The notes beneath the pieces were generated by a model. The model did no database searches, was not told where the DNA came from, and saw nothing but the letters and a program-made list of their open reading frames with translations. Below, piece after piece: positions 13,551 through 26,476 of a DNA stretch of 64,000 nt. The DNA is taken from positions 1,178,001 to 1,242,000 of the forward strand of contig OX597831.1 in the NCBI GenBank assembly GCA_951406725.2, read 5' to 3'. Position numbers and translations under genes: made by a program. The first letter of the stretch is position 1. Every line of letters starts with the position of its first letter. Origin of the DNA: Octopus vulgaris. Lineage: Eukaryota.

Positions 13551-14418
13551 TAGCTCAGCCTCTCTTTATGCACACACACACACATTCACACACATAGACA
13601 CATACACCCCCACACACACACATACACCCAAACACACGTGCGCTGTTCTTTGACTCAGGTCCGCATTAAAAGTTACACAAATGCAAAAAGTATGTTTGAT
13701 CATTCAGATGTGATAACACTCAGCCAAACTGTTAATACAAATATTTAATCTCTGTGACATGTATCAAGTGCTCTTTTCTTCTTCCATGTATATCTGTATA
13801 CGTATGCATATATATTGTGATAAATATTCATTCATTTTACATCCGGTTTTCTTTTTTTTTGGGGGCGGGGTCCATATCAGCATGAGTTAGACAAAGCAGG
13901 GACAACCTTTATCAAGAAGAGAGCTGTCTGAGACATGACATATCATCAGGTGAGCCACACACCTAAGAAAAAAAATCAAGGTAATTTTTTTGTCCGTTGT
14001 GCTATTCAGAAAGCTGCACAAGTTGTAGTGTCTATCCATGACAGGGTTACACAAATCTGTTACAATGGCATTGCTGTTACAGCTGGATGCCCTTCTCAAT
14101 GCTAACTCTTACCTATTTTTCAAGAAAGGGATCTCTTATTCTATGTTGCTTTAATGGCATGGAATGAGCAGTTCATTTATTGACAGAAGAAATGTCAATA
14201 ATAACACTGCATGAACTTCATGACTCACGAATAAACTCATGTAAATGTAAGCAATCATGCACATACACATATATATATTGTCACGAAGAAAAAAAAATTC
14301 TTGCTCAAGACCCATATCTGTGTTTGTTTACATCTGTACTTGCTATTTGAAAGGACATGCAGTGTTCTTGTTAGCATTACCCTTTTCAATAAATTGCCCA
14401 CATGCTTCCTGTCTTCAA

Positions 14419-14483
<65 letters not shown>

Positions 14484-14713
14484 GAGCTTCTTTTTCAATT
14501 TCTACCAACCAAATCAGAAAGCTTTTGTTGGTCTCACACCATAGGAGAAGACACTCAAGTAAAGTGTTATACAGTGGACTGAACTTGAAATCATATGGCT
14601 GAGAAGCAAACTTTTTAACTACACAGCCACGCCAGCACCTACACTTGGACTTGTTTGTGTATGTCTATCTATCAATATCTATCTATATATATAATAACAG
14701 AGATGGGCTGAGG

Positions 14714-14795
14714 TTCACTACAGCTGTTTCAGATGTGTTCCTTCTTGATGAACAGAACAATTACATTATGTGACAAAACCATTTCTTCAGGTGAA
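14714..14795 (-). ncRNA. Hammerhead ribozyme motif
   Basis: Minus strand: TTCAC-CTGAAGA-aatg...catct-GAAAC-AGCT-GTA-GTGAA. Stem I 5 bp, palindrome ACAGCTGT; base of stem II imperfect. Confidence 0.7.
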
Positions 14796-14847
14796 TTAAG
14801 AGTAAAATTTAACATTTAGAATTTTTCACACAAATAGTTAGTAAGTT

Positions 14848-16667
14848 ATGAGCCAGCAGAATCATTAGAATACCAGGCAAAATGCTAAGTGGTATTCCAG
14901 CTGTCTTTACGTTCTGAGTTCAAATGCTGCTGAGGTCATCTTTGTCTTCCATTCATTCAGGGTCGATATAATAAGTGCCAGTTGAACACTCCAAAATTGC
15001 TGGCCTTGTGCCACAATTTGAAACCAATATTATTATCATTATTACTAAGACAGTGAACTGGCAGGGCCATTACATGCTGGACAAAGTGCTTAATAGCATT
15101 TTTTTCTGTCTTCACATTCTGAATTCAGATTCCACTGAGGTCGATTTTGCCTTTCACCTTTTTGCGGTCAATAAGATAAGTACAAGTTGAGCACTGGAGT
15201 CAATGTAATCAATTATTTCCACCGTCACTGCCATCATCATAAAAGCTGCAAGCTCACAAAATCATTAGCGAGCCAAAACAAAATGATTAGTAGCATTTTT
15301 TCTAGCTTTATGTTCAGAGTTCAAATTCAATTGTGACTTTGTCTTCCCTACTTCTGGGATCAATAAAACGACTACCAGTTGAGCATTGTTGTCAATATAA
15401 TCAATAAGACTACCCCGCAAAAAAATTTCAGGCTTTCTGCCTATAATTGAAAAGATTATTATTATTATTATTATTATTTGTAGTAGTAGTAGTAGTAGTA
15501 AAGTGAATTGGCGGAATCGTTAGCACACTGGTCAAAATGCTTAGCAGCATCTTGTACATCCTTATGGTTAGAGTTCAAATCCTGCCACGGTTGGCTGTGC
15601 TTTTCATTGTTTTAGGGTCAATGAAATATGTTCCAGCTGAACACTGGCATTGATAATCCACTTGTCCCATTCCTCAAAATTGCTGGCCTTGTGTCATCAT
15701 CATCATCCTCATTATCATTGTCATTATTATTTAAAGCAGTGAGCTCGAAGAATCGTTAGCAATTCAGGCAAAATGCTTAGCGACATTTTGTCTGTCCTTA
15801 GGTTCCGAGTTCAAATTCTGCTAAGGTCGACTTTGCCTTTCATCCTTTCTGGATTGATAAATTAAGTACCAGTCAAGTACTGGAGTTGATGTGATTGACT
15901 ATCCCCTCCCCTCAAATTTCAGGCTTGTGCCTATAGTAAAAAGGATTATTATTATTATTATTTTTATTATTATTATTATTATCATCATTAAGGTGGTGAG
16001 TTGGCAGAAATGTTAGCATGCCAGGCAAAATGCATAGCAACATTTCAGCTGTTCTTATGTTCTGAGTTCAAATTCTGCTGAGGTTGACTTTGCCTGTCAT
16101 CCTTTTGGAGTTGATAAATTAATTACCAGTGGAGCTCTGTGGTCAATGTAATCAACTATCCCCTACCCCAAATTTCAGGCCTTATGACTATAGTAGAAAG
16201 GATTATTATTATTATTATTATTGAGTGAGAGAGCAGTGCATGCCATCAAAGTGACACTGGGGTAAAATATACGAAGCCCAGCATACCCATCATGACTACC
16301 CGTCTGATAAGGGTACACCAGGCACATGCATCACAACCATATGTGCGCGACATGGTGATCTCATATCAAGATAAACAGCACATGACCTTGCAGGTGGGGC
16401 CCAGTTAGAATTTTCTTCAGGTCGAGTAGCCCATCCTGCTCAAAAGGTCCCTGAATAAGGGTTGCTTTAGGACATTGAACGAAACACCCATGTTTCCAGA
16501 GGTGAATTATTCAAACTCCAAAGAATCCCTCTCAACACATGGCTATGATGCTCCCCCACTACTTCTGCTCGTGATCAGAGATGCACGTATTGTCAGCCAC
16601 TAAGGGACATGCTCAACTGGTTAAGGTCAAACAACTGACAAGCAAATCTGTGGTATTGAGCAGAATA

Positions 16668-16710
<43 letters not shown>

Positions 16711-16940
16711 GATCGTGAGCTGGCAGAATTGTTAGCATGCCGAGCGAAAAGCTTAGTGGTATTTTATCTGTTTCCACAATCTGAATGCAAATACTGCCAG
16801 GATTAACTTTGCCTTTCATCCTTTCAGAGTTGATAAATTAAGTACCAGTTGCATACTGGGGTCGATCTAATCGACAGGCCCCCACCTCCCCCTAAATTTC
16901 TGGCCTTTTGCCTATAGTAGAAAGGATTATTATTATTATT
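14848..16940 (+). mobile_element. Array of 7 head-to-tail SINE family B copies
   Basis: Units start near 14848, 15050, 15243, 15500, 15735, 15990 and 16710. Each follows gagctggcagaa..ttagc...gagttcaaat...gcctttcatcc...agtaccagt and ends in a triplet tail. Confidence 0.85.
16223..16670 (-). mobile_element. About 450-bp GC-richer insert inside (TAA)n; probable LINE 3' UTR
   Basis: Flanked on both sides by (ATT)n; the minus strand ends ctctctcactc-(AAT)n. Strand and class are inferred. Confidence 0.55.
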
Positions 16941-17409
16941 CACTTTGTGGTAAATTCTTCGTGGGTAATTTAGATTGTCATGCATTTCTTTGACAACCAA
17001 AATACATCTTTGGTAAATCTGTCGTGCCAAATATTCATTGTTGCTTAATCCATCGGCATGCTTTTTATTTGCAAAATAAGTATACATCACTAAATATTTA
17101 TAGAAAGACATAATATTCCATCCTTCGATTTGGAAATTTTTTAGCAATCCAAGAAAAAGCACTAGTCAAGAAATGAAGAAATAATTGAACAGTATATCAC
17201 CAGTGCAGAAATGCTTCATCATTCATTTGCAAAAAGAAATATAAAAACATCAAATGAATATCAAAACCATAAAATAATGGAATACTTGAGAAACATTGCT
17301 CATTATTAAGATGTTTCTTTCTTCCTCCAATTTAAAATAGTGTTATCTTTTAACTGTATTATTTCTTTTTTTTAAGTCTACTTTTTAAAAGTAACTTTGA
17401 TTTGTTTTT

Positions 17410-17477
17410 CATATATATATATATATGTGTGTGTGTATATATGTATGTATGTATATATATATATATATATGTATGTG

Positions 17478-17526
<49 letters not shown>

Positions 17527-17553
17527 GTATGTGTATATATATATATATGTATA

Positions 17554-17626
<73 letters not shown>

Positions 17627-17930
17627 GTATGTATGTGTATATATATATATATATGTGTGTGTGCGTGTATATATATATATGTGTGTGTGTGTATATATAT
17701 ATACAGAGTGAGAGAGAGAGGGAGAGAAAGAGAGAGAAATATGTATTTATATATTTGTAAATATATTATCATATACACCATCATTTATGTATACACATGC
17801 ACACATACATATACATATATACACACACGTGCATACACATATATACATATGAGTATATGTATATATATATTTACATATGCACACATGTATATACATATAT
17901 ATAAATACATACACACACATATATATGTCT
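17410..17930. repeat. Compound (TA)/(TG)/(GA) microsatellite
   Basis: Read directly. Confidence 0.95.
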
Positions 17931-18387
17931 AGTTTTGAGTGAATTTTAATATTAATAATGTTTGTTTTCAGATGTTCTTTTATATTGTTAATGAAATGCG
18001 ATGTATTTACTCTGCAAATAAAAACTTTTGATGTTTATTGATGTAATTACTCTGCAGGTTTAAAACATGCCAATGAATTTAGTGACGATGTATTGGCATG
18101 CACTCGATACACGCACATGGAAACACACACACACATGTATTTATGTATAAATATACATACATATAGATAGATAAACAAACAGATAGACTGAGAGATAGAT
18201 AGATAGAGAGAGAGAGAGAGAAGAGAGAGGTGATATATATGCAGGTGTAGTAAAGAAGCTCATTGTGAAACCACATGGCTCTGGGTTCAATTTCACAGTA
18301 TGACATCTTGGGCAAGCTGCTTCTACAATAGACTTATGTTGGCCAAAACCTTGTGAATGAAATTAATAGATGGAAGCTACATGCACG

Positions 18388-18426
<39 letters not shown>

Positions 18427-18569
18427 ATGTGTTATATAGAAGACAGAAAAAACAACAAACTCCTTATTTCATTTCCTACATATGTTTATGCTATTTAATG
18501 GTAATGCTTTCTGTGTATATATATAGAAATGTAAATGCTTTCCCAAATAAAATTGCACTTCATCATTGA

Positions 18570-18650
18570 ACCTCTGATGAAGTTATAAAGTGATATGCAA
18601 GCACACAAATATGAGTGCATTGTATCGTATTGTAGAAACAGTTGTAAGCT
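18570..18650 (+). ncRNA. Partly decayed hammerhead motif
   Basis: ACCT-CTGATGA-agt-long imperfect stem II (gcac...gtgc)-GAAAC-AGTT-GTA-AGCT. Confidence 0.55.
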
Positions 18651-18758
18651 AATGAATTTCGTGATATAATTTCTGATTTCCTCGTCAATTATTTAATTTC
18701 TTATATGCATATATATATTTATATACACAAACACATGTGTATCTATCTATCTGCCTAT

Positions 18759-18759
18759 T

Positions 18760-18829
<70 letters not shown>

Positions 18830-18885
18830 AAGATAGCTAGCTAGGTAGATAGATAGATGGAAAGATAGATAGACAGACAGATAGA
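18759..18885. repeat. (GATA)n microsatellite
   Basis: Read directly. Confidence 0.95.
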
Positions 18886-18990
18886 GATATATGTATGTCT
18901 GTATGTTTATGTATATAAATATATATACATATGTCACTACACATGTATTTCCTGAACTTTTTTTCCTTCTCTGGGCCTTTACTTTCTTCT

Positions 18991-19025
18991 CTTTCTGACA
19001 AAGAGTTATGCTCAAAACATTAAAA
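18991..19025 (+). ncRNA. Decayed ultra-minimal hammerhead-like motif, same family as 28888-28923
   Basis: CTTT-CTGACAA-A-GAGT-tat-GCTC-AAAAC-ATT-AAA. Core changes fall at CpG sites. Downstream ctgagc...gctaatacat is shared with the 28.9-kb insert. Confidence 0.45.
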
Positions 19026-20030
19026 ACCTACTTTCTTTTCACCTTTACTGAGCATGAAGCTAATACATTCTATGTGTACATCCTTTTGTTGTTTTGTTAT
19101 TTGTTATTTTTAATGTCACTAAAGCTTACTAGTTTTTCAAGTAAGGGATTTTTTTCATTCCACTTCTTGCTTATAGCGCAGAGCTTTGGAATAATTTGTT
19201 AGCAGGGAATGCTAACAACCATAACTAATTTTTGCTTAATACTTTTCAAGAAAAGATGCAGATTATAAGTGCACAAAGATATATATATATATATATGCAT
19301 GCATACACACACATACATATATATATGAAGAGCTTCCATACTACAATTTCAAAGTACCATTTTCACTCACAACACTGAGGCAACAGTTGAATGCACCTGT
19401 TCAGGATGACATGTGATGACATAGAAATTGAGAACATGTGGTAATATTATTATGCCCTCAGTCATATAGCATAATGGTTAAGAGCACATGCTACTTTTTT
19501 GTTGGCAAAAAAGTAACAAACACCGACATCATACTTTGGCCTCTCCTGGTTCCTTTCTCTCATTGATACACTCATGTACCAAATTTCCCAAGATGGGTTC
19601 ATCATAAGTTGCTTATGCTATACCCTCTGCAATGTTACACTTACTAAACTGGCACTTTACATATAAACTTTCATCTCTGTAACACGGACCATACCATCAA
19701 ACCCACCACTGAAGTTCTATGGAAACATAATGTGAACTACTGCCTAAAATTACATTTCCTGAAAAAACTCCTCCTGAGAACGACTATATTCACCTATCCA
19801 CCACTGGATGAAATAATACGGATCTTATAATACATCACAGGAAGTCTGTATCTTATTTCCCCTTGCTATGCCCAAATCATTATACTATGATGTACTTCAC
19901 TTGTATTCTCATGCTTGTTCATATTCTTACTATTATTCTTTTTCTACTCTATTTTAAAAAGACAAACACACTGTGGCTATTATTAACTGACTTTTATATG
20001 TGTTAGCCACCTCCCCTCCAACCACTTAGA

Positions 20031-20155
20031 TCCTCTGAAGAAACCTAGGGGCACATTCATTATCCAAGCCTTATCTGCTCATCCCTGCATAACACTGAAG
20101 AGATGGAGATAACCTGGAAGTTTTTGTTGCCTCTTGGCAGAAACGGCTGTAAGGA
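20031..20155 (+). ncRNA. Hammerhead motif with long stem II
   Basis: TCCT-CTGAAGA-aacctaggggca...tgcctcttggca-GAAAC-GGCT-GTA-AGGA. Confidence 0.65.
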
Positions 20156-20574
20156 ACAAGCACTTGCACACCCATTTGGTTTTATTGACAATCTGCTCAT
20201 TTGCTCAATTGCTCCCTTGTTTCTTTATGCTTATACGCTTCCACACCCTTGTTTATGCAATTACCAACATTTTCTACTTGATAATCTGCACCACTAATAC
20301 ATGTGTGCGTATTCATCCAATACATTTGAGTAAATACACATACTGGAATGTTTACCGGCCGATATCTGTTCATTTTATATATTTTCCACTTTCTTATTTG
20401 CCGTACAACTCAAAGGTAAACCACTCTTTACCCACCACCCATATATAATACTTAATTGCAAGATTGCCATGCAAAACTAGCACTTGGGTATAAATACTTG
20501 GGTACAATACTACCAGCAGTATATTGGATAGGTACTATCCCTAGGTTGGTTTCTCAACTTCTAACTCACGAAGA

Positions 20575-20642
20575 AATATATACATATATATACACACACA
20601 TATGTGTATATATATATATATAAACATAACTATATACATATA

Positions 20643-20674
<32 letters not shown>

Positions 20675-20754
20675 CATACATATATATATATATATACATG
20701 TACATATATGTGTGTGTCTGTATGTATATACACACACACACACACATACATATA

Positions 20755-20796
<42 letters not shown>

Positions 20797-20871
20797 AACA
20801 CATGTATGTATATGTATATATATAAATATATATATACATACATATATATATATCTATACATATATGTATAC

Positions 20872-20906
<35 letters not shown>

Positions 20907-20949
20907 CATATATGTATACATACATATATATATATCTATACATATATGT

Positions 20950-20980
<31 letters not shown>

Positions 20981-21123
20981 GATAGATACATGTATACATA
21001 CACATACGTATATATATAGATATATGTATACATACTTCCATATATATATATATATATACATATATGTATACATACATACACACACACACACATATATATA
21101 CACATACATACATATATATACAT

Positions 21124-21154
<31 letters not shown>

Positions 21155-21170
21155 CATACATACACACAGA
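20575..21170. repeat. Compound (TA)/(CA)/(TACA) microsatellite
   Basis: Read directly. Confidence 0.95.
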
Positions 21171-21440
21171 CATATGTCTCTCAGTGTGAGTGTATGTTTA
21201 CGTATAGATATAAGCTACAGCTAATTTGTATTTTCTACTACCATTAGCACTACAATCAACACACATCCGGGGTCTGCACAACACGGCTGCAGCAGACGAT
21301 GATTTCAAGTATATCGCTTTAGAAACAGTGAAGACAATACAAATCAAATTAGATTTAATATTGCAAATATTTCCCAAAGAAAATAAAATTAGACCATTAG
21401 CTTTATTTGATTTAAGTTGATTTTTTTTTCTCCCTCAAAC

Positions 21441-21496
<56 letters not shown>

Positions 21497-21769
21497 TTAA
21501 TGATAATAATAGTAAACAATAATAAACAATAATAATAATGCAAAACACAAAAAAAAATGCTGAAAATCGCTGAAGATGAAACACTTTGCATACGGAAATC
21601 CAATTCATGTGTAAAATAAAAATTCACTCTCAATTGCTTCAAAGAAGGAAAGCTAAATGGCTGGAACAAGAAGGGTGGGACGGAGATGGGGTGGAGGGTG
21701 GAAGGTGTTTAGTAGAAACTGAGATTAATATAAAACTGACTGTATCAAGCTATCTGTCCTTCTCTGTCT

Positions 21770-21816
<47 letters not shown>

Positions 21817-22017
21817 CCAACATCATGATGTTTACCACAAAAACCAACATTACCATAACCATTGCTATTATGTCATTATCGCCACTATGAAGATGAAGAC
21901 CACTTCTATCAGCAGCAAACCATTACTATAACCATCGTTACTACCAATATTAGTCCTCCAACATGGCCACTATCATTACTGCAACCATTACTATGACAAC
22001 CATTACAATCATATGCA

Positions 22018-22398
22018 CCAGGAGTGGCTGTGTGGTAAGTAGTTTCCTAACCAACAACATGTGTGGCACCTTGGGCAAGTGTCTTCTACTATAACCTCGG
22101 GCCAACCAAATCCTTGTGAGTGGATTTGGTAGACGGAAACTGAAAGAAGCCAATCGTATATATGTATATATATATATATGTGTATGTGTGTGTATATGTT
22201 TGTGTGTCTGTGTTTGTCCCCCCAACATCACTTGACAACCGATGGTGGTGTGTTTACGTCCCCGTAACTTAGTGGTTCAGCAAAATAGACCGATAGAATA
22301 AGTACTAGGCTTCCAAAGAATAAGTCCTGGGGTCAGTGCTCCAGCATGGCCACAGTCACATGACTGAAACAAGTAAAGGAGAGAAAAAAAGAGAGAAA
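22018..22398 (+). mobile_element. SINE family A
   Basis: caggagtggctgtgtggtaagtag...gactgaaacaagtaaagg, with small internal deletions. Confidence 0.85.
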
Positions 22399-23896
22399 AC
22401 CAGTAGACCTCTCTACCATTGTTGTCACTCCCAATACTATCACCTTCATCACTGCCTCATCACCGTCATCATCACTATCACCTCTATTATTCCAATGACT
22501 ACTGACACTATGACCACTACTATCATCACTACTACTATCATTACCACAGCCAAATTAAACCCTATTAAGTTCAGGAAAGGAATGGTAGATACTGTGAAAA
22601 AGATGGAGTGGCCACGTCTGGAATGTTGGTCATAGTTGACCTAAGGCTAAACACACCATTGTTGTTGTTCTTTATGTCTACTGATCTTACTAGATGCTAC
22701 TGCAAAGTGTTGGGGCTTATCCCAATATAAAAGATATTAAGTGGTGAAGCAATGTACAGTTCCACTGGACAGCAAAAACCTGTCATAGACTTCAGCCTGT
22801 GAGAAGATTTGAAGCTATCATAGCAAAATAAATAATCAATCATATATTGCTACAACTGCATATACTAGTAAAATTGATCTTCTCAAAATGCCTTTTCATG
22901 GCTAGAGGGACTAGATGTAGTGAATTGGACCTACTCATTATACCTATTAATAGAAAGACAGATTTAATACATCTAAAGTACTGTTCCTCTCTACAGCAAG
23001 AATTTAGAGCAAAGCAGTGATGATGATCATCATCATCCTTATTTAACATCCATTTTTCTATATTTGCATGGATCAGACAGAATTTGCTGAGACAGACTTT
23101 CAACAACTGGACGCTGTTCCTGTCATCAACCCTCATCAGTTTCCAAGCAACGTAATAATATTGGGAATGGAGGACACTACTTGCATGATAGTGACATCCT
23201 TTTACAACTATTGTATGAAGTCAAACCAAGGAGACAATAACACACACACACACACACAAACAAACAAATTTCTCTCCGTTTACATCTACCAAATCCAGTG
23301 ACAAGGCTTTGGTTAGCATAGGGCTATAGAAGAAGACACTTGCTTAAAGTACCATGCAGTGGGAATGAACCCAAGACCATGTTGTTGGGAAGCAAACTTC
23401 TGACCACACAGCATGTGGCTAATGATTTGAATAATAATATGTATGTATAGAAGGATAGGGTGTATGTGTGGTACCTATGATCTGAAACTAATACTAAAAC
23501 TTCAAACTATACCACGTACAGTTATCTCAGTATGAAGTTAGCTATATGAAACTTAGGTGTGCATTCCAAAGTACATTTATCAATCACTGATTTATATAAA
23601 ACTGTGACACACTTCCACAAAAAAACACATGGAATAAAATAATTTTAGAGTAGTTAACCTGCAGTTTTCTTTATTTAAACCTAATGATACAAAACTTCAA
23701 AGAAAAAAAAAATCAGATGTAAACACACATCACTGTTCTCTGAACACACACAAAAATAAAAATACAATTTCCATAATTTTCAATGAGAAAAAAGAATAAA
23801 ACAGAGTATTAAAGCTTCATAGCAAATGACTTCAAAACAAATTCAGTTTAATTATTTGAAATTTATCTTAGGTTGCTAATAAATGCTATGTTATGC

Positions 23897-24075
23897 CTAT
23901 CATCATCATTTAATGTCTGCATTCCATGCTGGTATGGGTTGGATGGTTTTGACTGAGAACTGGCAAGCTGGGAGGCTGCACCAGGCTCCAGTCTGATTTG
24001 GAAAGGTTTCTACAGCTGGATGCCCTTCCTAATGCCGACTACTCTGAGAGTGTAGAGGGTGTTTTTATGTGCCAC

Positions 24076-24077
<2 letters not shown>
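23897..24077 (-). mobile_element. Family C (RTE-type tail) fragment
   Basis: catcatcatttaatgtc...tacagctggatgcccttcctaatgcc...gtgccacc. Further copies near 31990, 38700, 43070, 45570, 50090 and 60840. Confidence 0.8.
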
Positions 24078-24128
<51 letters not shown>

Positions 24129-24258
24129 TTCAGCAACAATTTAGATTCAAATGAATATGGCACTTAATTTAGATGCACCAGAATTTTTTATGGTGTTACC
24201 CATAAAAATATGCGGGGTGAGTATAATAAAAAATAAGCAACAAGAATGAATCCGGTAA

Positions 24259-24346
24259 TTTAGTACAATTGTTTCATACTACAACATTTTATTAAAAGCT
24301 GTAAATATTACAGCAGATTTATGATGCCGAGTAATCTTCAGCTAAT
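24259..24346 (-). ncRNA. Hammerhead motif in a ~375-bp insert between two (TA)n tracts
   Basis: Minus strand: TTAG-CTGAAGA-ttactcggcat...atgttgtagtat-GAAAC-AATT-GTA-CTAA; palindrome ACAATTGT. Confidence 0.7.
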
Positions 24347-24495
24347 TTCATATAGGTTTTCCAATAATATAAAGTTCTCAAATCAATTAATAACATCTTA
24401 GGGAAGGTAAATATACAGATAAAGATGTAGATATGAATCTTAGGAACATGAGGTAGTGTAGTTTAGATGCCAACTGAACAAAACCTTGTTTACAA

Positions 24496-24543
<48 letters not shown>

Positions 24544-25027
24544 TAATCTCTTAAATGTACCACTGTTGAATGTGTGGTATATGAATAAGTCTAGCCATGT
24601 CTGCTAAGTTCTGGTTTGTGTTTAATTTAAATAGTAACTTGCAAGAAATCATCTTTGCAGGTAGAAGGATGAAGGCATACTTATCCTCTAATGAGTGATT
24701 AAAAAAGGGTGAAACAAGCTAGGTCAATCTCTTATTCTGCTGTGTGCAAAGAGAACAACAAACCATATTCACATTTGATTCAAGTTTCAGAATGAAGGCT
24801 TTTTAATTACATTAAATCTACCATAGCTACAGTTTACATCATATATGATGTTTCCCTCATTAAAATATGGCAAATGATGCCAGACTGTCTAAGTAGATCA
24901 CAGACGCAAATCAGAAAACACAAAATAACATATGTAACAGCAATATGACATATCAAACTGGTGCCACAGCTTAAGTTAATGTGTGTGTGTGTGTGTGTGT
25001 GTATGAGCGTGTGTGTGTGTGTGTGAG

Positions 25028-25058
<31 letters not shown>

Positions 25059-25086
25059 ATACATGTATGTAAACACACACATATAC

Positions 25087-25117
<31 letters not shown>

Positions 25118-25436
25118 AAAACACACACAAACATACACACACATATATCCACACACACATACATATACACACACACATATATATTTTCAATAATAATAAA
25201 GGGTAAAATTAATTAATAATAAAGAGTTATTATTATAGAAAATATAATTCACTCCCTGATAGTAAACTGCAGTTTCTGCTGTAATACTTGTAACACACGT
25301 GGGTGATTGGGGAAGAATACGAGTTCTCACTCATCTGCATAAATTCAAAAGTGCTGGTTTTTGGATATTAGTTATTCGATGTCGCTTGGTCAAATATGTA
25401 TTTAATTATTAATACTCTCAAATTTACAATTCAAAT

Positions 25437-25511
25437 ACTACACTGAAGAAGGAAATAAGTGAGTAAAAATTAAAATTTTACATCTCTTTAATCCAGAAAC
25501 ATGTATGTAGT
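25437..25511 (+). ncRNA. Hammerhead motif
   Basis: ACTACA-CTGAAGA-agga...tcca-GAAAC-AT-GTA-TGTAGT. Perfect 6-bp stem I, palindrome ACATGT. Confidence 0.75.
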
Positions 25512-25704
25512 TGATCAAAGCCGTGTGGATTCGTTATTTTTTCTATTTGCCTCCATGAATTAAGAGTATTGCTGTCTGGGAGATATCTTATGGTAGAGGA
25601 ATAGTTTTTAACTGCTATTTCTAAATTGCGGCATGTAGTGAAGCAATTTGCTGAACCCTAATTATAATTATGCTTATAATTATAAAATTTATAATTACAA
25701 AATT

Positions 25705-25736
<32 letters not shown>

Positions 25737-25942
25737 CTCTTTTACATGTTTAGTCATTTGACTGCGGCCATGCTGGAGTACCGCCTTTAGTCAAGCAAAT
25801 CGACCCCGGGACTTATTCTTTGTAAGCCCAGTACTTATTCTATCGGTCTCTTTTGCCGAACCGCTAAGTGACGGGGACGTAAACACACCAGCATTGGTTG
25901 TCAAGCAATGCTAGGCGGACAAACACAGACACACAAACACAT

Positions 25943-25978
<36 letters not shown>

Positions 25979-26152
25979 ATACATATATACGACAGGCTTC
26001 TTTCAGTTTCCATCTACCAAATCCACTCACAAGGCATTGGTCGGCCCAGGGCTATAGCAGAAGACACTTGCCCAAGATGCCACGCAGTGGGACTGAACCC
26101 GGAACCATGTGGTTGGTAAGCAAGCTACTTACCATACAGCCACTCCTGCGCC
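25737..26152 (-). mobile_element. SINE family A, CpG-rich full-length copy
   Basis: Complete reverse-complement match to the family; flanked by (TA)n. Confidence 0.9.
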
Positions 26153-26154
26153 TG

Positions 26155-26217
<63 letters not shown>

Positions 26218-26369
26218 CATATATATATATATATAAATATATTAATAAAAGGGATTCCAACCTTGTCTGATTTTCACGTTTTATTTACAATCTTATAATG
26301 ATATAATATAATATAATATAATATAATAAAATAAAATAAAATGATAGAATGTTAAATGTTCATTCTGAT

Positions 26370-26414
26370 TGAACTAGTACTTTCATGCATTAAATTCTGC
26401 AATCTTCAGGTTCA
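26370..26414 (-). ncRNA. Compact 45-nt hammerhead motif
   Basis: Minus strand: TGAAC-CTGAAGA-tTGCA-gaatttaa-TGCAt-GAAAG-TA-CTA-GTTCA; palindrome AGTACT. Confidence 0.7.
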
Positions 26415-26429
26415 TGTAGTAGTGGTGAC

Positions 26430-26476
26430 AGTCATGCTTCACAATTTTTGACAGTCAAAAATTGTGAAACATGACT
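26430..26476. repeat. Near-perfect palindrome with 23-bp arms
   Basis: agtcatgcttcacaatttttgac-a-gtcaaaaattgtgaaacatgact; one mismatch. Confidence 0.9.

Noticed and set aside
14848-16940. Regularly spaced repeats suggestive of a CRISPR array
   Set aside because: Units are ~200-250-bp diverged SINEs with microsatellite tails; no cas genes; eukaryotic context.
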